A DNA stretch of 8,896 nucleotides, taken from Selaginella moellendorffii. Taxonomy: Eukaryota; Plantae; Lycopodiophyta. The notes under the pieces are model-generated. The model was not told the DNA's origin. It did not search any database and saw only the letters and a list, made by a program, of their open reading frames with translations. Location: positions 1 to 8,896 of the forward strand of contig NW_003314625.1 of NCBI RefSeq assembly GCF_000143415.4, written 5' to 3'. The translations under genes and the position numbers were made by a program. This document shows positions 1 to 7,854 of this stretch, in pieces (position 1 is the stretch's first letter; every line of letters begins with the position of its first letter).

Positions 1-1897
1 ATCATTTCGTATCCGTGCCCAACTCCGCTGCTACTTGACTGGGCGTTATAACAATAAGCAGTATCCGCTATCCTCGATAGGCCTGCTGGTTCGCCGACAG
101 TTAAATAGTGCCACAAAGAATGGAGAACCAGAGGCTCCTCAATACGCAATAGAACGTTCGCTGTGTCTGACTCGTCCTTCCAAGAATCCAAATCTTGCAT
201 TTCAAGCGTCCGACGGCCATCCAACCTCGCTAGTCCGTATTGAATTAAACTCAAGCTGGGGTTCTTGACAGCAACATACGTAGCATTCAATCCATAGAAC
301 TGATGGAAGAGTATAAGACTCAGTTTTTCGAGAGCCAGGGGATGCTTCCGAAAAAAGTCTTTTACACTTGTGTAGACTGTTCTGTCAAGAAAGGGCGAAC
401 TCCGTCCCAAAGTGTTAACTGCCATTGGCCTGTACTCTGTAGTAGAAACCTCTTTGGCGTATCAACGAAGTAAGCAGTTGCGTTGCTGAGCGGTAGCTTT
501 TCAGAGATAAACGATTCTAATGCTGAAACGAAAAACCTATACCGCCCCTTGTATAGCTGGAAGACCCTGTGAAAATCCACCTGTGATGTATCTTCAAGGA
601 TCCGACTAGCATAATCCTTCAGGTCGGCCTCCTCATAAAATCCCCCAAAGTGACAGAACACTGCAACTGAAAATCTCTGTTTGAGTGTAGCAGAAATATT
701 GCGTGCAACAGAAACCATACTTCCTCCTGTACCAGAATAGTAGAACGTGCTTGTGCGAAACCCAGCATCGACCAACACCGGCACAAACACATCCAATAGA
801 GATCTTGTTCTTGACCCAGCTGTAGGTGAATCAAACCTATTCACCAAGGTGTCCTGCACCACCTGGCATTCGTCGAGTATAATCGGCCCACTCCAGTCCC
901 TCTTGTGTGTCTCGATCAAACGATCAAATACCTCTTCGATCCCACAGTCACTGGATACTAACTCGAGTAGTCTATCACTTAGAACGTAGAACGGGTCATT
1001 CTTGAAGGGTAGTAACGCAAATCCAACCTGCTTAAACAACCAGTACTTGGCCCAAACCTGAGGTGGCATGCTTCCTGCTACCTCCTTCAACTTGTCTAAG
1101 ATGAAGAATCTGCTGAGAAGAACAGCTTTGAAGCAGCACCGCGTCACGCGCATCGGAATTGACTGGTTTCCTGGATACAGAACCATTAGCCGACTAACCA
1201 GCGCATCCAAGTCTGCAGAGCCCTCCGATCCAATCCGTCCCATAGGAACACCAACAAAATACAGAGCCAAACGGTCGACTGCAATCTCATATAGTGTTCG
1301 AGTCTTTCCAGAGCCAGAAACATCGAAAAGGACCACCAGGCCAGGACGGGCTATATCCACTTGATCCAGAATGTATTTGGAGGCCCGAAAAGGCTCCTCG
1401 AGGCAATGCCAGAGAAGGCAAGGTTTGCGACTGCCAGGAGCTTGAGGAACCGTCCCTTTGCAAACGTCTGGATAACTGGCCTTAAAATGACTTGGCTTAG
1501 GAAGTTGTCGATCTGCTCTATGTATCTTATTCCATACTTGGTCCAAGATAGCTTGCACATCTGCTTAATCAAAATCAAACAATTAGGCTTTGAACGAACA
1601 CATAGAAAGGCAAGGAGACCAATGAACACTTCGTCAGTACACCAGAGAAGCACACACACAACATAAATCTTACCAGAATCAGTGGCAGTGGCAGGCGCTG
1701 CAAAAACAAAATTTGTCAGCGATGGAAGAACAAGTCAAGAACAAATCCAATGCCTACCCTTGAGTAAGATAAGCTTTTCTTCCCTCAGCTGGCTCTCCTT
1801 TTGCCTCAGCTGGCTCTCGTTTTGCCTCAGCTGATCCTCCCTTCTCCGCCAGTACCGCTTCTCCTCAGCATCATTTGTTGCCTTCAGCTGCTCCTCA
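1..1897 (-). CDS. Crinkler/CR-effector-like P-loop NTPase gene, multi-exon and partial (5' end in or beyond the N gap, 3' end beyond window start). Inferred exons: 1897-1758, 1697-1674, 1560-450, 381-1, or 1560-1 with a frameshift at ~365-463
   Basis: ORF 362-1558 has Walker A (LFDVSGSGKTRTL..LALYF), Walker B (IILDECQ), SGTGGS and GRYRF motifs, as I recall from CR-NTPase proteins. A second frame open from 461 to the window edge continues the family-like motifs (LIQYGLARL, IEEPLVL, GHGYE). GT-AG introns 1757-1698 (60 bp) and 1673-1561 (113 bp) splice an upstream exon EEQLKATNDAEEKRYWRRREDQLRQNESQLRQKESQLREEKLILLK and a 24-nt micro-exon in frame onto the NTPase exon. Confidence 0.8.
1783..1845 (-). 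repeat. Three copies of a 21-bp tandem repeat encoding coiled-coil heptads (xxE[S/D]QLR)
   Basis: On the + strand: cctcagctggctctccttttg / cctcagctggctctcgttttg / cctcagctgatcctcccttct. Confidence 0.9.
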
Positions 1898-2020
1898 NNN
1901 NNNNNNNNNNNNNNNNNNNNNNNNNNNNNNNNNNNNNNNNNNNNNNNNNNNNNNNNNNNNNNNNNNNNNNNNNNNNNNNNNNNNNNNNNNNNNNNNNNNN
2001 NNNNNNNNNNNNNNNNNNNN
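1898..2020. other. Assembly gap (123 N)
   Basis: Run of N. Confidence 1.
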
Positions 2021-2408
2021 ACGGATGAGGAACGGTTCAGATCTCAAGTGAATATCCTGAATCAGAGTTATAATTTATCCAGCTTCCAGATGAAGAAAAT
2101 CTCAGGGTGGCGTGAAAAGGTGGCCAAATTTGGGCCCGTACGTGGATATTCCCTCCGTACGGAGCCATCTTGAAGAAATGAGGTATATTCTCTTCTACCA
2201 GATTGGCAAGACAAAAAACCCTCATCTTAAACGTTTTTAAGCACCACAACTTTTTTATAATAGTATTTTTTTAAAAGAAAGGTAATTACAAAACTATTGT
2301 AATTTAAAATAATCAAAACTTAACAAATATATTCTTAAAGAAAAAGAGTAAGAAAATCTAGCTTTATATAATTTGATATGGGTTTAAATTTAGTTTCTCA
2401 TAACTTAC

Positions 2409-2795
2409 CTTAGTGCCAATGGCAGCAACCCTGTCCACAAACTTGCTCCATCATTACCAATGTCACCTTGGTCCAAACAATGAAGCTATTGACTTTTTCA
2501 ACATCTTTCAATCATCTCTTTCTAGTCCATCCAGAGTCTAGGAAGAATTCTAGCTGAAAATCTTTCTAGACTTGATTATTGCTTTCCTTATATCATTTTT
2601 TCTGTTCTTTCTAACAGAGAAGTCTTCACAGACACTGTTAGAAGCCCATACTACATTGGTCCAGAAGTTCTTTGAAAAACGTCTTGTCCTTTCTCCATAG
2701 TGTGGACCTGAGGCAGTCACCTTGTTGCTTGTTGGAATCTGAGGTTTGGGACGTCCTGAATGCTGGAGGATTTTCTCTTCTTGTTTGTACCATCT
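2409..2795 (-). pseudogene. Possible degenerate coding exon of unknown family
   Basis: Bounded by a tttcattAG acceptor (2797-2796) and a consensus AAG|GTAAGT donor (2408). It is 387 nt (129 codons). The first ~81 codons are open (RWYKQEEKILQHSGRPKP...FWTNVVWASNS...) and six stops follow. No family recognised. Confidence 0.3.
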
Positions 2796-2957
2796 CTAAT
2801 GAAATGACAGGCAAACGCTGATAACAGCAGAACTACTGACTACAGTGACACTACAGTTACACCACGGATGGATCGGGTCTGCATGGAACCAGAAACTGTT
2901 GAACCAATCGAGCAGTCCAGAGGAGAATAGTCACAAGGCTGAGAGCTCATTCGGCTG

Positions 2958-3056
2958 TGTGAGACATAAGTCAGTTCCTTTCATGTCGATGTCCTGCACA
3001 AAAATCTCTGGATTGAATTTCTCAGGCTTGGTCCAGATGGATGGATCATGAGTGAT
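2958..3056 (-). pseudogene. Isolated cytochrome P450 fragment (meander/PERF region, CYP78A-like)
   Basis: Translates ITHDPSIWTKPEKFNPEIFVQDIDMKGTDLCLT, matching the recalled plant P450 pattern AITHDPxxWxxPxxFxPERFxxxDxDxxGxDLRLAPFG. Similarity stops before the heme-binding FxxGxRxCxG motif, and no ExxR is seen upstream. Confidence 0.8.
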
Positions 3057-3663
3057 TGGATCTCACAGAAGTTCTTGGGGTGACTTTTGTATTTCAAAAC
3101 ATTCAGTCAATTTACCTATAAGTGGTTGCAGATATTTGGTGATCATTCATTGGTTTGAAACTTCCAGTAATCTCCACTTACAAGAAACTGGTTTTGCAAA
3201 AGTGTTCTTGGTGCCTGGCCTGACTGTGGTGGTGAAAATGTGGAGTAGCAACCATGCAGTAACTTTGTTCATCACTCTCCAGACTATGAGATGCAATTTC
3301 ATAGCATGGATTTTAATACTAGTATATCTGAAGTAAGCTTATCTTGCTAGTGGAAACTTAAGACACTTCGTGACTTATTTTAGGATTTCTTTCAAATGAT
3401 TCTATTTACTCAAGCAAGTTATTAAGGAGGATGGTGTTGGTTGAAGCTAGATATTTATTGCGAATGTGACTTTGGGTATTGAAAGTTATTTGTCGGGAGC
3501 TGGGTAGGTTTTGAACTCATGACTTCTCAAACACAAGGAAAACATTGGCTCATCCCGAACCAACATCTTTTCATTTTTCAAATTTTGATTTAATCCATAT
3601 TTCCAAGTAAATATGATTACTAAAAATACAAATACAAATATAGATTCAAACACTAAAAAATAT

Positions 3664-6600
3664 CTAGAAACACTTCTTAAGCTTTGCAATTGTAAGGCTT
3701 GTCTGATGGATCTGATGGTCAACCTTAGGATCTTGGTTTAGTTTCTGCATAAAAATACAATAAATGTGCTTGAAAGCTAAATATACCTTTCCTTTGTTCT
3801 CCCTTTGTGTAAAATCTGGACAGGTACAAGATGGATTTTCACAGATTCTGATAGTGTAGTTTGTACCCTTTGACAACTTAGTTATAACAATAAACTCCAT
3901 AGCCACGGCACTAATGTAGTTTATCCTTGTTATTGTGCACTTCAACGCCTTTTCCAACTTGATTTTCTCTTATGCACCTTTTAAAATGGAAGACATATAT
4001 TGTACATCCTCCCCATTTCTAGCTGGTCGTGTATGCTGGTTTAGTGTTGACATTGGTGGCATAGCAGTATCAATAGCAACATTTGAGGAAGTCTTCAGCT
4101 TGAAACTAGCTCTCTCCAAACTTTCAATCTCATCTTTCAAAAGATTGCAGCTTCACTCAACTGGCTACTCCTCTAGCACAGAATTTGGCTTCAAGATAAT
4201 TGAGCTGAGGATCCAGTTTGTATGAGTAACATCAGTCCCACAACAATAAATCCAACTTGACTAGCGACCCTTTACCCCTAAATCTTGACAGCCCTAGAAA
4301 TATGGTACTACTGAAGAATTTGAACCTGAGCACACAAATGCAAGACACTGACCTCGACTCGCAATCAACGTGCATTACTCTTGGCATTGACTGTTCAAAT
4401 TGCCTAGTTGATACAAGAAACTAGCTCATGAGCAATAATCTTCTCAACCTGTGCATTGGATTTACTTGTGTAACAATTGACACCTCCTCCACTCCATGTT
4501 CCTTAGCTCTTCTCTAGTGTCGTGGAACAGAATGGTAGTCAAACTCTGGATGGTGAAAGCTCGAATGAGTGATGTTGGGCCCATCAAATATCTGTTGACA
4601 CTTCACACGGGCTGTCCTCATTTCTCTAAGTGGTTCATAGTTTGATTCTATAGGAGTTCTAGTAACAACTTCTTCCACCATCTTAGATATTGACCCTGTT
4701 GTTAGTGTTGTCCTTCTACCAACTTGCTTTCAAAACTTGTCTAAGTTTGGACCTATACTAGCAAACCTTGCTTCTTGTGTAGCCAAAGCTTTTGATGACT
4801 GCTTAAGAGATCTAGTGAGGTCGGAAAGCATAACTTCATAGAAGGACACTTTTCCTTTCCCTGCTTTCAAAAGCTCTCCATACAACATTCAAACTTCCTA
4901 CCATACAACCTAGCATTCCATTTGTGAAAGGTGTTCAATTGACACTTTGTCTCCTTCATGCCACCATATGCATATCTCATTTACTTTTGCCTTGTGCTCC
5001 TTTTTAGTTAGTGCATCCATTCATTTCTGACAAAGCTGTTTGAACTCGTGATGGAAGCTAGACTTGATGCATCGGCAATGTTTATTAACATTCTTTGCCC
5101 AATGAAACTCACATCTCTTCTCTCTACCTTGTAATGGCTGACTTTTATCACGTCCAAATACTTGTTATACAGTCAACCAATTAGCACCAATAGCATCTTC
5201 CATGAAACCACAGAAGTTGGGTTTCTTCCCGCTTTGTTGTTCAACAACCTCGGACATACATGTCCAAAAGATGGTTTGAGCTTGGAAATCTTGAACTTTG
5301 AATTCGGCTATAGCTATACTCAAGTTGCACTGCAACCTATAGAAGGAATGGTTATAATGTAAATCAATATGAAATCCTTAAAAATGAAAAGCTACTTACT
5401 TGTGATGATAAACATGAGCTCCCATTGTTGACTACACTAAAACTCATTCCATGTGGTCGAAATGAATCCAAAAATTAGCCAAGTCTCCATCTCCATCCAT
5501 ATCCATTTGTTATACAAGGTCCATATTAGAAGCAGGACCAAGGGTGGACATCTTAAAGATGAAAGGGCGTTGATTGTTTGAATTCACTTGGCCAACAAAC
5601 AAAAGCTCCCATGAATAAACTCATAGGGACATTTTGTTTTTAACTCCAAAATTGCATCAAATCTAGATTGAAGTTTTCCATCTCACCCTTCTTGCATCCA
5701 ATTCTTTATTCTGCCAAAAAAAAAATGTTTCTATAGTGATAGTAGAGTTAAGTATTAATCTTATACCTGTTTAAATTTGTCACGGGTTTTATATTTCGAA
5801 GCAAGTCCTTCAAGCTGTTCTCTATGAACTATTTTTTGCTATCAGCTTGTAGCAACATATCCACTATATAGTCCTTTAGTACAGATTATTGAACACACTT
5901 TGGAGTTGCAGAACTTTTTTTCCTAGCCTCTATAGTAATAGCAACTTTCAAATTGCAAAAAGAACCATGGCGGATTCCTTCCTCTATTACATGTTGGTGG
6001 TATCCAACATACACTGCTGCTCTACTTAAACATCCATCTCGTGAAAGAAAATAATACATTTTTGCATTGCAACATGCTTGATACACAGGTGTTGCCTTGC
6101 ATTTGCAACATCTAAACCTTGTAGCAACCTCATCATGCCTAGACAGATTGATTGTTGAGCCTTCAAAGAAACACATATTTTTGCCATGATCAGAAATGCA
6201 TTTCTCACTGACACATTAAAGTTGTCCACCACAATAGACTATGGACACAAATCCATCAAAATGCGAGAATTAGGTTGTCTTTACTTTGCACCAATTATGT
6301 GGATCAAGACGCGTCTCCATACCCCTTTTCTTACTTGACGAACTGGCCGATGGAAACTTGAAGAATATATTCCCATTATAGGAAGAAGGAAGCTCCTCAC
6401 CTCTCATGTACTGGAACTCCTTCAATTCCAACCATAATGATTGAGATTGCCGAAATGCCTTATCCACTGCTTCAAAAACTAGTCCAAAAGGAACACACAT
6501 ACTTGTCTGGGAAGCTATGTTGGGAAGTTCATCTTCTTCACTTTCATCACTAGAGAGAATAACAACTTCATCCTTCACTCCTTGCACAGTTGGCTGTGAA

Positions 6601-6875
6601 ATTGCTACACTCTCCTCTACTCACTTCAGAGATCCTGTAAGTAGAATTTTTTGACTTGTACATCTATCAAGATCCCACTGAATCCCATTCTCTCCCACAC
6701 CTCTGTTGAGAAAAATGGATTTTTCTATCTAATTACCCTTATCCCGACATACATTCTCCAAACTAATTGATCTCGACTTCAAGTTGAATCTTCTGCAGAG
6801 GAAGCTCTCTCCTATAACATTCTTAGAGAAAACAATTGGAGGCTCATGATCAAACTTCAAGTAGAATTCTCTCAT
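3664..6875 (-). pseudogene. Mutator/MULE-like DDE transposase pseudogene with GCM/WRKY-like Zn domain and C-terminal SWIM finger
   Basis: One frame runs from ATG 6875 to 5767 through six stops and contains DPHNW...YCGGQLxCVSEKC...CCKCKATP...CNAKMYY...RAAVYVGYHQH. Introns lie at 5766-5711 (56 bp) and 5399-5337 (63 bp). The core reads FIFKMSTLGP...WIHFDH (D at 5456-5458), PNFCGFMEDAIGANW (D at 5195-5197) and REKRCEFHW (CxxH, 5099-5113). The SWIM reads YTIRICENPSCTCPDF...AFKHIY (3766-3828). Many stops and several frameshifts. Confidence 0.85.
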
Positions 6876-7095
6876 ATCTTCTCTTTGCTCGAGCACTTAG
6901 AAAAAATTTGGGGAGAAACTAACAAGAAAAAACAAAGATATTCTTTTGTATTGTGAGTTTTAATTAGTTGTGTCCTTGCAAAGGACAAAATAATTATTTT
7001 AACAAAATATACAACCGTTTAGAATCTAGAGATATATGAGAATCTTAAAGAGCCACCCATATTAATTGTATAATTGATTGTGAGAGGAATAATAT

Positions 7096-7781
7096 TGTTG
7101 AAATGAGTGGGTTATGAGTGAGAGGCATTGATTAATCATGAGAGTTGTAGCATTAATTGCTTGTTCTCCCTTTCATCTCCATGCTCTTTTCCCTTCAAAA
7201 GAGTTTCATTATTTTGTGATAAGTGAGGGAGAGTTAAACTCAGTCCCTAAACCATTGATTGCNNNNNNNNNNNNNNNNNNNNNNNNNNNNNNNNNNNNNN
7301 NNNNNNNNNNNNNNNNNNNNNNNNNNNNNNNNNNNNNNNNNNNNNNNNNNNNNNNNNNNNNNTGATCGTGACCATTGATTGTGATTATTAATTTTTAGGG
7401 TTTTATTGCTAGGGTTTGAGCAAGAAAGGTGAGAGAAAATGTGCTTCAAGAAAAATGTGAGAGAAAATTGAATCTCACAATGTGCTTCAAGATGCTTCTC
7501 AATTAGGATGCTAAATACTCTTCAAGACACTAAAAAGACACTCCTCAATCAAGGTATACCCCTCTCTGCTGCTTTTCCATTTCCCCATCTTTTGCTCCTA
7601 GCTTGCAAGCAACTTGCGTTTTATGGCTATTTTGCGCTGGAATGATCAAGAGCTCCACTATGCCGCTGCTCCATTGTGATCCCTAGGGTAGGGTTGAGTC
7701 CCTTACCCTAACATGCCTTAATATACCCTTGAGCCTCACTTTGACCGACATTGACCATGTGGTCAAAGCTGGTGCCTAACA
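7096..7781 (-). repeat. 3' LTR of the Ty3/Gypsy element (left end uncertain; alternative at 6947)
   Basis: Begins TGTTAGG on the minus strand at 7781, one base after the PPT. Candidate end ...CAACA at 7096 gives TGTT...AACA termini. Contains a TATA-like TATTTA (~7512-7517), AATAAA (7402-7407) and short internal direct repeats (gtgagagaaaat 7429/7457; aatgtgcttcaaga 7438/7479). Confidence 0.7.
7263..7362. other. Assembly gap (100 N) inside the LTR
   Basis: Run of N. The sequence accattgattg occurs on both sides. Confidence 1.
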
Positions 7782-7782
7782 A

Positions 7783-7794
7783 TTCTTCCCCCCC
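7783..7794 (-). other. Polypurine tract (plus-strand primer site)
   Basis: GGGGGGGAAGAA on the minus strand, between the integrase end and the TG of the LTR. Confidence 0.85.
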
Positions 7795-7854
7795 AACAAA
7801 GTCCTTGTCCCAAGGACGAGTTGTACTAGTGATCACCCTTCTAGGGAACCTTGC

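Larger units (their letters stand above)
2104..7095 (-). mobile_element. Decayed MULE-type DNA transposon, boundaries not resolved
   Basis: Contains the transposase pseudogene within an AT-rich, CpG-poor interval. No convincing TIR pair or TSD was found, so the ends given are approximate. Confidence 0.45.

Noticed and set aside
35-1666. Plus-strand ORFs 35-268, 747-989, 1068-1364, 1294-1485, 1361-1666 and alternate-frame minus ORFs 619-834, 1351-1659
   Set aside because: Shadow frames of the NTPase gene with no recognisable motifs. ORF 1351-1659 starts inside an inferred intron.
1783-1845. 21-bp repeats as a CRISPR-like array
   Set aside because: Head-to-tail with no spacers, in-frame heptad coding, and a eukaryotic context.
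1801-2028. Leu/Pro-rich signal-peptide-like ORF, and gap-spanning ORFs 7138-7365 and 7240-7449
   Set aside because: Antisense of the heptad exon or LTR sequence. Their length is an artefact of the N runs.
2845-3722. ORFs 2845-3051, 3052-3336 and 3486-3722 (the last with a hydrophobic stretch)
   Set aside because: No recognisable homology. The first is antisense to the P450 fragment. The last overlaps the transposase end and AT-rich 3' sequence, which gives spurious TM-like peptides.
3664-3957. Stand-alone SWIM protein (MEKK1/ZSWIM-like)
   Set aside because: The frame continues upstream through stops into the transposase, no RING or kinase follows, and one Zn ligand is mutated.
3935-6232. 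ORFs 3935-4225, 5162-5362 and 6026-6232 as separate genes
   Set aside because: Antisense or off-frame shadows of the transposase pseudogene.
2105-7058. gggtggc (2105-2111) and gccaccc (7052-7058) as MULE TIRs
   Set aside because: Only a 7-bp match that does not extend inward, with no flanking target-site duplication.
7396-7416. tttagggttt / tagggttt as telomeric repeats
   Set aside because: Only two non-tandem telo-box-like units inside an LTR, not an array.
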